Source: an archaeon
GTDB lineage: Archaea; Micrarchaeota; Micrarchaeia; Anstonellales; Anstonellaceae
Direction: 5' to 3'
Assembly: GCA_020056305.1 (NCBI GenBank)
Contig: JAGVIA010000016.1
Coordinates: 1-50,133, forward strand
DNA length: 50,133 bases
Numbering within the stretch: position 1 is the first letter of the stretch; the number at the start of each line of letters is the position of its first letter. The position numbers and the translations under genes are program-made. The notes beneath the pieces are model-generated. The model was not told where the DNA came from. It made no database searches and was given only the letters and a program-made list of their open reading frames with translations. Of the stretch, positions 18,342 to 28,410 are shown one piece after another.

Positions 18342-19430
18342 ATGGGCACTGCTGACAAGCTGCACGAGCTGGAAGAAGAGATGGCTCGCACGCAAAAAAA
18401 CAAGGCAACCGAGTACCACATCGGGCTTCTCAAGGCAAAGATTGCGCGCCTAAAGCGCGAAATAGCATCCCCGAAGAAAGGCGGCGCATCCGCAGGCGGC
18501 TTCGATGTGAAAAAGAGCGGCGACTCCACAGTAGTTTTCATAGGCCTTCCTTCCGTTGGCAAATCCACGCTCCTAAACGCGCTCACCAATGCCACATCCA
18601 AAACCGCATCATACGCATTCACCACACTTGACTGCATTCCCGGCATGATGGAGCACCGCGGCGCAAAGATACAGCTCCTAGACCTGCCTGGCATCATCGT
18701 GGGCGCAAAGGAAGGCAAGGGCGGCGGGAAAAAGGTGCTCTCTGTCGCGCGCAACGCAGATCTTGTCCTAATCATTCTCGACGTTTTCGAGCCCGAGTCA
18801 ATTCACGCCATAAAGCGCGAGCTTGATGGAATTGGCGTGCGCCTTGACACGCGCCCGCCGCAGGTTTTCATCACGCCCCGCATCCGTGGCGGTGTTGAGG
18901 TGAACGCGACAGTTCCTCTCACCAAAATCGACTCGCGCATCATAGTTGGCATACTTGGCGAATACGGCATACACAACGCAATAGTGATTTTGCGCGAGGA
19001 CGTGTCGGTTGACCAGTTCATCGATGCGGTTGTCGCCAACAGGCGCTATGCCTCCTCCCTCACAGTGCTTAACAAGATTGACATGGCTGACAGGAACCTT
19101 CTCAACAAGCTCAATTTCGAATACATCCCGGTTTCGGCTGAGCGGCGGTTGAACATCGAAGCACTCAAGGATGCGATATATGACGAGCTCAACCTGATTC
19201 GCGTCTACACAAAGCCGCGCATGGGCGTCGCAGACCTCAAAGAGCCGATGATGATGCGCACGAATTCCACAATCGCTGATGCATGCCGCAAGCTGCATCG
19301 CGATTTGCTGCGCGAATTCAAATATGCCCAGATTTGGGGCAAAAGCGCCAAATTCCCGGGTCAGAAAGTAGGGCCGGACCACGTATTGGCTGACGGCGAC
19401 ATAATAACGATCGGGAAAAAGCAGGGATAA
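18342..19430 (+). CDS. DRG/Rbg1-type OBG-family GTPase with a TGS domain
   Basis: The N-terminus ...ARTQKNKATEYHIGLLKAKIARLKREI is present. G1 is GLPSVGKST, G3 is DLPG and G4 is NKID. A C-terminal TGS-like region (VLADGDIITI) follows. Confidence 0.9.
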   Translation: MGTADKLHELEEEMARTQKNKATEYHIGLLKAKIARLKREIASPKKGGASAGGFDVKKSGDSTVVFIGLPSVGKSTLLNALTNATSKTASYAFTTLDCIPGMMEHRGAKIQLLDLPGIIVGAKEGKGGGKKVLSVARNADLVLIILDVFEPESIHAIKRELDGIGVRLDTRPPQVFITPRIRGGVEVNATVPLTKIDSRIIVGILGEYGIHNAIVILREDVSVDQFIDAVVANRRYASSLTVLNKIDMADRNLLNKLNFEYIPVSAERRLNIEALKDAIYDELNLIRVYTKPRMGVADLKEPMMMRTNSTIADACRKLHRDLLREFKYAQIWGKSAKFPGQKVGPDHVLADGDIITIGKKQG

Positions 19431-19453
19431 CCAGGAAAGCAATGAGAGCAGCC

Positions 19454-19870
19454 CTATGCCATTTTGACTTCTTTTGGCCGATAAATGCTCACTGTGTTCC
19501 CGTACTGCACTATTGATTCGACAACATTGCTCTGCCTGTCATACAGTGTAAGCCTTCCGTATTTCGGGCTAAGCTCAAGTTCGGCAATGCGCGCTTCCCT
19601 TTCCTTGCCTGAAACAATGTCCACTCGCACACCGTAAATGTCAGTGTCGCCAATTTTTGTCAGGATGCTGCTTTTACCCTTTATCTCGCATTCAAGGCCG
19701 TGAAGCGCAATATACTCTGAAACTTTCTTGTCAAGCTTTGAAACCCTCGGCACAATTTTCTGCTGCTGCTCCGGGCTTGTTGTAAAGACGTTCTCGCGAA
19801 GCTCTTTTCCTGCCAAATCAGGTTGTGTTCTGGTCCTTTTTCCAGGCGCTTCTCCCTGTGTTATTTCCAC
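19454..19870 (-). CDS. Hypothetical protein
   Basis: 138-aa ORF starting at a GTG preceded by gaggtg 7 nt upstream. I recognise no family. Confidence 0.45.
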   Translation of the reverse strand: MEITQGEAPGKRTRTQPDLAGKELRENVFTTSPEQQQKIVPRVSKLDKKVSEYIALHGLECEIKGKSSILTKIGDTDIYGVRVDIVSGKEREARIAELELSPKYGRLTLYDRQSNVVESIVQYGNTVSIYRPKEVKMA

Positions 19871-19921
19871 CTAAAACACCTCTTTTTCCTCTGCATTCCC
19901 CTCTTTATATTACCTTCCGCA

Positions 19922-20800
19922 TCACAGCGGAATTCCTGCCTTTTCAAGCTCGCCTTTTATCTTCACGCCCGTCACTGGCGACATTATCGAATCGCTCACA
20001 ATGATGCGCTCCGCCCCTGCCTTTTGCAGCCTTTCCAACCCCTCATTCAAAAACAGCCCATGCGTCGCCCCGCACATTATCCTCTTTGCGCCCTCTTCGC
20101 GGCACTTTTCCATGGCTTTTATCATGGTGCCCCCGCCTGCAATCATGTCATCAATTATGATTATGTTCTGCGCCCAGACATTGAAATCCGCCTCAAGCTT
20201 CTCGATTTTGCGGAACGCGACATCCCCCGTTGTCTCGTATCCCCCGCGCTCCTTTTTCATGCTCATGCCACCAAAGTCCGCAACCAGGTAGCCTGCGCCC
20301 TTGTCAGGCGATATTACAACCGCATCCGGCGAGTGCTTTCTTAGCTCGGAAATAACCGCCTTGCCAAGGGAAATGTTGTTTATCTTAAGCCCCTCGCGCT
20401 CGAATCTCCCCTCCTTTTTCAGGAAGTGGCAGTCAAACGTGACAAGCTCGTCCGCCCCGGCTGTTTTGAGCAGCGCGCAAATCGTGTCAATGCTTTTTGC
20501 CTCGCCCGTGAGCCATTCCTTGTCAGCGCGCGCATAAGGGAGATATGGCACCGCAATGGTTGTCTTCTTTGCAACCTTGGACACTTCGTGCAAAATGATT
20601 GAAAGCTGGATGAGCGACTCGTTCGGGTGCGGGTAGCACCGATGCAGGATGCTCACATCTTTGCCCGCAAGCTCGCCAACAGACGGGATGCGCACATACA
20701 CCTCGCCGTCTGGAAAGCGCCTAAGCTCCACATTCGGCTTTGCGATGTCTGCGCAGTTTGGTGACACCAGTAGGAAACTTTCCATAAAATCATCGGCCAC
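19922..20800 (-). CDS. prs: Ribose-phosphate pyrophosphokinase
   Basis: The PRPP-binding loop IIIIDDMIAGGGTM and typical Prs N-domain motifs are present. The GTG start at 20800 shares 1 nt with the stop of the upstream ATPase gene (TAGTG). An alternative ATG lies at 20785. Confidence 0.9.
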   Translation of the reverse strand: MADDFMESFLLVSPNCADIAKPNVELRRFPDGEVYVRIPSVGELAGKDVSILHRCYPHPNESLIQLSIILHEVSKVAKKTTIAVPYLPYARADKEWLTGEAKSIDTICALLKTAGADELVTFDCHFLKKEGRFEREGLKINNISLGKAVISELRKHSPDAVVISPDKGAGYLVADFGGMSMKKERGGYETTGDVAFRKIEKLEADFNVWAQNIIIIDDMIAGGGTMIKAMEKCREEGAKRIMCGATHGLFLNEGLERLQKAGAERIIVSDSIMSPVTGVKIKGELEKAGIPL

Positions 20801-23283
20801 TATTTCTTTTTCGCCGCAGGTTTTGATGATGGCGAAATGGCTTTTTCAGAAGGCTTGGCGGCAGCTTTGGCGTTTTTCGGCCCCATTTGCTCATTTTCAG
20901 CATCGTCAATTTCCTCATCTTCTTTCTCTTCATTTTCGGATGCCTCCATCCCAGCATTTTTGGCATCATTCTTCCTTACGGGACCCGCATCCGCATTCCC
21001 ATCATGTCCCTTCACGAAAAACTCCCGCATCATCCTGTCATGCTCGGCAATTTCGCGGTAGATTCCTCCCCATTCCTTGTCAATTGCCGCCCAGTCAAAG
21101 CCGCCTTTTGCCTCAAAGCGTGTTAGCAAATTATTCGCCTCGGAAATGCACGCAAGCACAAAATCAATCTCAAGCATCTCAGTGTCCCCATCCCGCACCG
21201 CATCATCGTATATTTTCGAGTATATCTTCGCCTTGAAGAACGCCTCCATTATGTACTGCTTGGGGTCGGTTCCCGCCTCCTCTGCGCGCTTTGCAAGCAC
21301 CGGCGGTATCTCCTTTACTTTGAGCGTCGTCTCCATTTTCGCAAGGTCCAAGCCTGCAAGCGACTCTGCGCTCGCCTCCGGGTTTTCAATAAAGTTGCAA
21401 ACGAGCCGGCTCTCGGCAATGCCCTTTGCTTTTTTGTAGGTGAACGTCTCAAAGAACTGCCGCTTGTCCTTGTCAGTCTCATACTGGTTCTCAAGCACGC
21501 GGTACAGCCTGCCGTTTCGCACAAAGCGCACCTTGCGGAGGAATGTATACCTCTCTGTGTTCAGCATGCTTGCTGCCGGTATGCCGAACACAAGCTCCAG
21601 CCTGTCCTGTATGTCACGAAGCGACCTTCCGTGAAGGTTGTAAAGCAGGAACACGCCAGGCTGCGTGTTAAGCATGTTCATTACTCCCTGTATTGCAAGG
21701 CGCGAGCGCACCTCGTTAATCACAACGCACGCATCTCCCATGCGCAGCGCCGCATTTGTCATGGATACCAAGTCCAGCTCGTTGCTGCCCCCGCCCTCCT
21801 CCTTGTCAGATGCCTGCACGCGCACAGCGCCAATATGGAAACCGCGCTTGCGATATGCCTTTGTCGGGATTTCCTCAATATCCTGAATCGGCAATATCCT
21901 CTTCTTCGTGCCAATTGCGGATATTTTCGCGGAAATAAATGCCGTCTTGCCCACTCCTTTCAATCCAAGCACCGCTTCCGAGCATCCCAGCCCGACCATC
22001 ATGTCATCATATCCTGCAAAGAACGGCGTGAACGATTTGTATTCCAGATACTTCGGATATGTGAAGGGCTTCTCATGCATGATGCGCAATGCCGCCTGCA
22101 AATCCCCAAAAGTCGCAGGCGGCCGCTGCAGGTGGCACCTCATCATGAGCCTTGTGAGCATAATATCAATGACCGGGCTGCTGTCGTCGAATTTGCGCTT
22201 CTGCTCGGTTGATAGCATGATGTTCAGAAACGCCTTCTCAAGCATCTCGCGGTTGTATCTGTACAATGTGTGGCACAAGCCATACTTCACATGTTCGATG
22301 TATATCGGCGAGTTCTCGCTGTCAATGTAAATGTCCGTTATGTTCTCCACATCAAGCGCGATGTTCTCAAGCGGCCCTCCAATCCCAACAACCCAGCTTG
22401 CAGCCTCGCGAGCCATTGCCGCAGCCTCCTGCTGCGTTATCTGCAATTTGGCAAGCGTTGCAGTGTCTATGAATTTCTGCCGGTATTCGCGCGTGCGCGA
22501 CTCGAATATTGTTGTATAATCAACCGCTTCCCTAAGCTCCTTCATACCCTCCTGGATGGTTTCTTTCAGCATGTCTTGCAATTCCTTTGAGAGCCCTTCA
22601 AGCACCTTGTTCTCCTGCACGTAAATATGCGACTCGCTTCCCTCCAACTCGTATATTTTCACAGTGATGCCATGCGAAAGCGAATACTGCGCATCCTCCT
22701 TTTCAATGAGCCTTGCGCCAGGCGGAACCTGCGTCAGGTAATTTTGCATGAAGCGCAGGCTCTTTAGCCCAAGCAGCCCCAGGAATGCAAAGCGCATGTC
22801 GCCCGCCTTTTCAGCAAGCCTGTACAATTTGCATTTCGTATATGTTGCAAGTATGCCGTTCACCCACGCCTGGAACGTGCGGTAGCCTTCCATGTAAAGC
22901 TGCTTTTGCGGGTATGGCTCCTTGAAGTCCCGCAGAATTTTCACGCCCAAAAGCGGGTTCATGAACATGTACTCGTAAAAGTCCGCAAGCAGCTTCTTTC
23001 TTTTCTGGAAATAATCATCATCGGGCCTGCCATATGTTTTCGGGTCGATTATTATTCCCTCAATTTGGCGCACAATGCTCACGTATTCGGTAAAAACAGT
23101 AGATTTCTCCTCGTCAAGCTCGCATCCTGCCTCCTCCTCATACCTCATCGTCTTCCAGAGCTTGTCAAGGGCGGAAATTGTGCGCAAATGCGAATTTATG
23201 CACTCTGAAGAAGCAAGGCCAAGCCCGCAGGTCGGGCAATCCATGGACAGGCGCGAGCCCTGAAAAGAAGGTCGGCATCCCAT
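20800..23283 (-). CDS. Divergent, unusually long secretion/pilus-type ATPase (FlaI/PilB/VirB11 superfamily)
   Basis: 827 aa. Walker A is GLKGVGKT, the Asp box is LPIQDIEE, Walker B is DACVVINEVR and the His box is LYNLHGRS. A long N-terminal extension has a CxxC near the start. The tail is acidic and then Lys-rich. Confidence 0.75.
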   Translation of the reverse strand: MGCRPSFQGSRLSMDCPTCGLGLASSECINSHLRTISALDKLWKTMRYEEEAGCELDEEKSTVFTEYVSIVRQIEGIIIDPKTYGRPDDDYFQKRKKLLADFYEYMFMNPLLGVKILRDFKEPYPQKQLYMEGYRTFQAWVNGILATYTKCKLYRLAEKAGDMRFAFLGLLGLKSLRFMQNYLTQVPPGARLIEKEDAQYSLSHGITVKIYELEGSESHIYVQENKVLEGLSKELQDMLKETIQEGMKELREAVDYTTIFESRTREYRQKFIDTATLAKLQITQQEAAAMAREAASWVVGIGGPLENIALDVENITDIYIDSENSPIYIEHVKYGLCHTLYRYNREMLEKAFLNIMLSTEQKRKFDDSSPVIDIMLTRLMMRCHLQRPPATFGDLQAALRIMHEKPFTYPKYLEYKSFTPFFAGYDDMMVGLGCSEAVLGLKGVGKTAFISAKISAIGTKKRILPIQDIEEIPTKAYRKRGFHIGAVRVQASDKEEGGGSNELDLVSMTNAALRMGDACVVINEVRSRLAIQGVMNMLNTQPGVFLLYNLHGRSLRDIQDRLELVFGIPAASMLNTERYTFLRKVRFVRNGRLYRVLENQYETDKDKRQFFETFTYKKAKGIAESRLVCNFIENPEASAESLAGLDLAKMETTLKVKEIPPVLAKRAEEAGTDPKQYIMEAFFKAKIYSKIYDDAVRDGDTEMLEIDFVLACISEANNLLTRFEAKGGFDWAAIDKEWGGIYREIAEHDRMMREFFVKGHDGNADAGPVRKNDAKNAGMEASENEEKEDEEIDDAENEQMGPKNAKAAAKPSEKAISPSSKPAAKKK

Positions 23284-23300
23284 GCCATGCTAACTGCCCC

Positions 23301-23316
23301 ATTCTTTTTATATGTA
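23301..23316 (-). promoter_or_regulatory. Candidate TATA box for the ATPase gene (leaderless geometry)
   Basis: The minus strand reads acatataaaaagaa, centred about 25 nt upstream of the ATG at 23283. Confidence 0.4.
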
Positions 23317-23707
23317 ATCTGGCGGATGCGCGAAATCAGCATTATATACCCCGCAAACGCCAATTTCAACGGGAGGTGGTCCTGTGCAGCGGCAGATCGA
23401 CCTTTCGGCAATCAGGGCAGGCCACATGCGGCAGTTTGGGGCAGAATTCCCTTTCCTTGCGTCCAGTGTCATCGGGCAGGTCTATTCCCGTTGCGTAAAC
23501 CGTGTCACCAAAGCTGGCAGCATTGTCAATGGCAATAGCGGGGATGCCATTTACCGGGAAGCACACGGGCAACTTGCCGAGATGAACATGCGCCAGGCAT
23601 CGCGGCCAGGCGCACAAAAAGCGCAGCATGACTTCGGCTCATCGGATTTGCCAGAGGGAATCGCATATTCCAGAAAATCAGGATTCCGCCCCACGTGAAT
23701 TTTTACC

Positions 23708-25135
23708 TTACAGCCTTTTTCCAATCTCGCGCAGGAACTCGTCCAGCTTTTCAGGCGCAATGCCCCCGCCAGCCGCAATCTTGTGCCCCCCGCCCAAGCC
23801 CCCAACAGCAGCGCATGCCTCATGCAGTATCGCGCCCAAATTCAGCCCATTTTTCACAAGCTCCTTTGTCCCGCGCATGGAAATTTTTACCATTCCAGCA
23901 TCATCAAGCGCAATTGCAAGAATTGGCTTCTTGCGCTCCCCGGAATAAAGCATTCCCGCAACCACTCCAATTATCCCATCCGCAATGACGCCCCTACCAT
24001 CCAGGAGCAAAAATTTGCCAAAATCCTCAGTCTCCTTCTGCGCAAATGCAATGCCCTCGCGCAAATTCTTGCGGTGCAATAGCAGCAGCGCCCTCGCTTG
24101 TTCATACGCGCCCTCGCGCCCAAGGCACACGTCAATGCCAAGCTGCGGCTGGTCATTCCTTCCGCATGCATTCAAAAGAGTGGAAAATTCCCCAGCATCC
24201 GCCATCTCGCTTTCCTGCGGCCTGCTTGTTATCAGGTATGACTCGCCCACAAGCTCCTCGACTTTCCTGTCATAGCCTGACTCTGCCAAAAATTCCGCAA
24301 GGCTGCTCACAAACTTCCGTTTCTCCTCGTCATTTAGCATGTGATAAGTGCGCCATCGCTTGCCATCAGCCGCATCGAATTTACCCTGCGCGCGCGATAA
24401 TCCATTCCCCGCCGCAGTGCCAGCGCCGCCCCCACCTGCAGCATCTGGCTTCCCATGCGCCCCTTCTCCTGCGTTTTCTTTCAGCCGTATGCCCATTGTT
24501 TCGCAGAATTGCATGCACCGCTCCTCGTTTCCCGTAAGCCCTGGCAGATATGGCTCATCTGCAAATGAGAGCATCTGCGCCAATGGCCTTGACACCCTGC
24601 CAAAGAGCCTGATGCTCTTTTCCACACGCGCAACTCCCTCTTTTTCCGCCTGCTCCAAAATCCACTTATTTATGCTGATAAACGGATATTGCACATCCCC
24701 CCATGCCCCCACGATGGCAATTTCGGGCAGCACCCTAAACACGCAATACGCAACGCCAGCGGCGCTCACTTCCGTGCCCCCATCAAAGCCGAACAGGTGC
24801 GGATTTGCCTGCAAAAATTTCCTCCCCTCTGTCTGGTGGTGGTCAATAATTACGGCATTGCATTCCAGTCTGTCCACTCCCGCGCTGCCCCCTCCCAAAT
24901 CAGTGAAAATGATTTCCTTCTCTCCGTGCAGCTTCTCCACCACTTCATCATCTATCTTCCTCACTGTCCAAATTCTGTATTTCTTGCCCATTTTCTCAAG
25001 CGCCGCCGCAGTTATCGCGCCTGACGTGAGCCCGTCGCAGTCATAGTGGTTCACGACAAGGGGCGAGTGCATCTTCTCCACTGCTTGCGCTACTTCCTTG
25101 CAGCGCGCAAAAAATCCATCCCAGTCTTTTTCCAT
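23708..25135 (-). CDS. DHH/DHHA1 phosphoesterase, archaeal RecJ/GAN-like nuclease
   Basis: Motifs are NHYDCDGLTSG (DHH motif I/II), IIDHHQ (DHH) and a C-terminal GGGHKIAAGG (DHHA1). A Gly/Ala-rich insertion lies mid-protein. The start is taken at the internal Met; the track start is 25222. Confidence 0.8.
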   Translation of the reverse strand: MEKDWDGFFARCKEVAQAVEKMHSPLVVNHYDCDGLTSGAITAAALEKMGKKYRIWTVRKIDDEVVEKLHGEKEIIFTDLGGGSAGVDRLECNAVIIDHHQTEGRKFLQANPHLFGFDGGTEVSAAGVAYCVFRVLPEIAIVGAWGDVQYPFISINKWILEQAEKEGVARVEKSIRLFGRVSRPLAQMLSFADEPYLPGLTGNEERCMQFCETMGIRLKENAGEGAHGKPDAAGGGGAGTAAGNGLSRAQGKFDAADGKRWRTYHMLNDEEKRKFVSSLAEFLAESGYDRKVEELVGESYLITSRPQESEMADAGEFSTLLNACGRNDQPQLGIDVCLGREGAYEQARALLLLHRKNLREGIAFAQKETEDFGKFLLLDGRGVIADGIIGVVAGMLYSGERKKPILAIALDDAGMVKISMRGTKELVKNGLNLGAILHEACAAVGGLGGGHKIAAGGGIAPEKLDEFLREIGKRL

Positions 25136-25222
25136 TAATGCAATTAGGCTGAAAGAGAAATAAAAACAAGCCGCAATGAGGGGATATCCTCCAGCTCCCC
25201 CACTTTCTTTAGCATCACGCAT

Positions 25223-26095
25223 TCATGCCTTCGCAACAATCGCAAACGTCCCAACCAATCCAATGATTGCAAACGGAAGGCATCCGCTTGGGGCGCTAGC
25301 AGGCGCGTTGCCGGCATTTTCCTCTCCATTTTCATTTCCTGTTCCGGAAGAGCCGCCATCACTCTCATTGGTGCCATTTTGCCCGCTTTCCCCTGCACCA
25401 CTGCTGCCATTCTGCGCGCCCGTGCCAGCCCCGCCACCAGTGCTGTTGTTTGCGCTTGCATTCTGCTCGCTTTCCGCATTATCCTGCACATTAGCAACCG
25501 TCAACTTTGCATGAATGTATCTGGTTGTGGGGTCGATTCCGACAATGGCATCGCACGATGCAATGGATATTTTCTTCCCTCCGCTTTCAACTTCAAATAC
25601 TGATCCAGGGTTCACCTCTACATTCTGCTGCCGGATGCCGCTTCCGCTCACATCAAAAAACGCCCTGTTGCCAAACCCAATATCGTAGAATCTGGCTCGC
25701 ACGCCGCCTTCCTCAAGCGTGTCATCTTTCTTGAGAAGCCCCCCGCCCTCGCATACTGTGCCGCTCCCGTATTTTCTCACAGTTATGTCAAAGCGCGCCC
25801 ATGGCACATTGCCGCTGCTCACGCCAGCGCCGCATGCGTGAACCTTTATGCAATCCGCATCCGGCCCGCCCGGGCATGTCACGTAATCCCTGTTTATCCC
25901 GGGTGCAAAAACATCATTTATTCTTGTTATGTTTTTCAGCGCGAAAACAGGCGTGTTTGGCGGGTATGTGGAGTCGATTAGCACAAGCGTGTAATCCCCG
26001 GCTTGAGCGCTCTGCCCAGCTTCAAGGTATGAGTCGCAATCAGCAGACACTGCCCCGAAAAGGAAAACTGCAAAAAGAAATAACGAACGCCGCAT
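25223..26095 (-). CDS. Secreted protein with a G/S/N-rich linker and a C-terminal hydrophobic anchor
   Basis: It has a signal-peptide-like MRRSLFLFAVFLFGAVSA and several Cys residues. A low-complexity NSTGGGAGTGAQNGSSGAGESGQNGTNESDGGSSGTGNENGEENAG tract follows. The C-terminus is PSGCLPFAIIGLVGTFAIVAKA. Confidence 0.6.
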   Translation of the reverse strand: MRRSLFLFAVFLFGAVSADCDSYLEAGQSAQAGDYTLVLIDSTYPPNTPVFALKNITRINDVFAPGINRDYVTCPGGPDADCIKVHACGAGVSSGNVPWARFDITVRKYGSGTVCEGGGLLKKDDTLEEGGVRARFYDIGFGNRAFFDVSGSGIRQQNVEVNPGSVFEVESGGKKISIASCDAIVGIDPTTRYIHAKLTVANVQDNAESEQNASANNSTGGGAGTGAQNGSSGAGESGQNGTNESDGGSSGTGNENGEENAGNAPASAPSGCLPFAIIGLVGTFAIVAKA

Positions 26096-26192
26096 GCACT
26101 CACCTGCAAATATGTCGCGGTGGCATATTATATACCGGGCTGTCTTTGGCTTTCATAAAAAACAAAAAATAGAAAGCAGGCTATGCAGATTG

Positions 26193-26211
26193 AAAAAATA
26201 AAAAAAAAGAG
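26193..26211 (-). terminator. Oligo-T tract downstream of hppA (archaeal-type terminator candidate)
   Basis: The minus strand reads ctcttttttttt attttttc immediately after the stop at 26218. Confidence 0.45.
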
Positions 26212-26217
26212 AAGGGC

Positions 26218-28248
26218 TTACACTCCGATGAATCCTTTGCCCACAAGCAATCCCGCTATCAGCAGGGCAATCACCTGCAGTATCTTTATCATCGGGTTAA
26301 GCGCCGGGCCTGCCGTGTCCTTGAACGGGTCGCCCACAGTGTCACCGACAACTGCCGCCTTGTGAGTGTCGCTTCCCTTGCCGCCCAAGTGCCCGGACTC
26401 AATGTATTTTTTCGCATTGTCCCAAGCGCCGCCTGCGTTTGCCATGAACACTGCCATGAGCTGCCCAGCCACAATCGCGCCCACAAGGAAGCCTCCAAGC
26501 GCCTCTGCGCCAAGCCCAAAGCCAACCACGAGCGGCACGATTATCACAATTGCCGCAAGCACGAGTAGCTCGCTTATCGCAGCTTTTGTCGAAATGTCCA
26601 CGCACCGCGCATAATCCGGCTTCTTCGTGCCCTTCATGATGCCCGGGTCCTTGAACTGCCTGCGCACCTCCTCAACAATAAGGAATGCGGCACGCCCCAC
26701 TGCGCCCATCGTGATTGATGCAAACAGGAAAGGCAGTGCAGCGCCAATGAGCAAGCCTATAAACACCGGCGGCAAGCCGACATTTATCCCCGCAAGCCCA
26801 GTCTCCTTCACATATGTGCTAAAGAGCGCCGTTGCCGCAATTGCAGCAGACGAGATTGCAAACCCCTTTGTCAGCGCCTTTGTGGTGTTCCCAACAGCAT
26901 CAAGGGCATCCAGCCTCTTTCTTGCAGACTCCTCAATGCCTGCCATCTCTCCAATGCCGTTCGCATTGTCAGAAATCGGGCCCATCGAGTCCATTGCCAT
27001 GATGAATGCCGTTGTCGCAAGCATGCCAAGTGCAACTAGCGCAATTCCATAGAAGCCAAGCGCCATGTACCCTAGCCCGATTGCCGCAACCACAATGAGT
27101 GCTGCAACCACTGCGCTTTCCATTCCATATCCCAAGCCTGCTATCAGGTTCGTGCCAGCGCCAGTCCTTGCAGCCTCGGCAATCTTTCGCACAGGCGCGT
27201 GCTTGTATGACGTATAATATTCAGTCATTTTCGCAACCACCTGCGCTGCGGCAAGCCCGACAATTGTTGCCGCAAACGGCCGCAGGTCATTGAAAATCAC
27301 ATAAGAAAGATACAGGAACCCAAGCCCGGCAAGCACGTTTGATGCCAAAAAGCCCATGTTCAGCGCGTTCATCGGGTTGTCCCTCTCCTTTGCATGCACG
27401 AATTTCGCGCCAATCACTGCCGCAACTATTGCAACGGAATTCACAAGCAGCGGGAATGCGACGCCCGCAAGCCCGAATCCGCTTATGCTCCCAAGTATCA
27501 TTGCCGCAATCATGGCAATAGCATATGACTCAAAGACATCCGCGCCCATGCCAGCGCAGTCGCCCACATTGTCCCCGACATTATCTGCAATTGTTGCCGG
27601 ATTCCTCGGGTCGTCCTCCGGAATCCCCTTCTCAACCTTGCCCACCAAGTCCGCTCCAACATCTGCCGCTTTTGTGTAAATGCCTCCTCCTACCCTCATG
27701 AAAAGTGCAATCAGGTTTGCGCCAAATCCAAAGCCGATGAGCACGCCCAAAGCCTGGCTGGCAACCATGTCCCAGCCTTGTGCAGAATACATGAAGTAAG
27801 ATGCAACATACAAGATAGACACTCCAAGCAGCGCCAATCCAGTCACAAGCAATCCGTTCACCATGCCTGAGCCAAACGATGCCTGCAATGCCGAGTCTAG
27901 CGATTTTTTTGCAGCTTCCGCAGTCCTGACATTTGCGCGCACCGCAACCTGCATGCCGATATAGCCTGCCAGCGCGGAGAAAAACGCGCCAAGCAGAAAT
28001 GCAAGCGCAATCCCGCTTCCAAGCGCGAGCCAAAGCGCAGCAAAGAGCACGACTAGAAATAGCGCGATTGTTTTGAACTGTCTCATCAAATATGCGCCAG
28101 CGCCCTGCCGGATTGCCAGGCTCACATCCTTCATCTTCTGGCTGCCTTCTGGAAGCGAAAGCACTTTCCTTGTGATGTATGCGCCGTAAAGAAGCGCAAG
28201 AACCGCCACGATGGGCGCAACAATGATTGCCAGTGTCTGAATTTCCAT
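26218..28248 (-). CDS. hppA: Membrane-bound proton-translocating pyrophosphatase (V-PPase)
   Basis: 676 aa and polytopic. Signatures are GDNVGDCAGMGADVFESY, DNVGDN, and GGAWDNAKK near the C-terminus. A GAGGTGG SD lies 6 nt upstream of the ATG. Confidence 0.95.
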   Translation of the reverse strand: MEIQTLAIIVAPIVAVLALLYGAYITRKVLSLPEGSQKMKDVSLAIRQGAGAYLMRQFKTIALFLVVLFAALWLALGSGIALAFLLGAFFSALAGYIGMQVAVRANVRTAEAAKKSLDSALQASFGSGMVNGLLVTGLALLGVSILYVASYFMYSAQGWDMVASQALGVLIGFGFGANLIALFMRVGGGIYTKAADVGADLVGKVEKGIPEDDPRNPATIADNVGDNVGDCAGMGADVFESYAIAMIAAMILGSISGFGLAGVAFPLLVNSVAIVAAVIGAKFVHAKERDNPMNALNMGFLASNVLAGLGFLYLSYVIFNDLRPFAATIVGLAAAQVVAKMTEYYTSYKHAPVRKIAEAARTGAGTNLIAGLGYGMESAVVAALIVVAAIGLGYMALGFYGIALVALGMLATTAFIMAMDSMGPISDNANGIGEMAGIEESARKRLDALDAVGNTTKALTKGFAISSAAIAATALFSTYVKETGLAGINVGLPPVFIGLLIGAALPFLFASITMGAVGRAAFLIVEEVRRQFKDPGIMKGTKKPDYARCVDISTKAAISELLVLAAIVIIVPLVVGFGLGAEALGGFLVGAIVAGQLMAVFMANAGGAWDNAKKYIESGHLGGKGSDTHKAAVVGDTVGDPFKDTAGPALNPMIKILQVIALLIAGLLVGKGFIGV

Positions 28249-28410
28249 TTGTCCACCTCATAAGGTGCGGCCATGCCGCACCAATTTATTTCATATCTGT
28301 CTGCGTGGCATGCCTTGCCCAACGGCAAGGTCCGCCGCATCTTATGACCTCTCAAAATTTGCAGCAGAACACGCGCCCAATGCGCCCCCGCTCCGCCGCT
28401 TCTGTTTCCA

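Noticed and set aside
23366-23629. An 87-aa minus-strand ORF lies in the 424-nt gap between the RecJ-like and ATPase genes. It contains several Cys residues (CFPVNG...CPKLPHVACPDC), so it could be a small zinc-binding protein.
   Set aside because: There is no recognisable family, no SD or TATA at a convincing distance, and overlapping ORFs of similar length occur in other frames. It is left unannotated but is worth checking with ribosome profiling or conservation analysis.
26289-28261. Alternative-frame and antisense ORFs lie within hppA, including a 209-aa ORF at 27632-28261.
   Set aside because: hppA is unambiguous, with full-length family signatures. The overlapping frames have Arg/Cys/Trp-rich compositions typical of off-frame GC-rich sequence.
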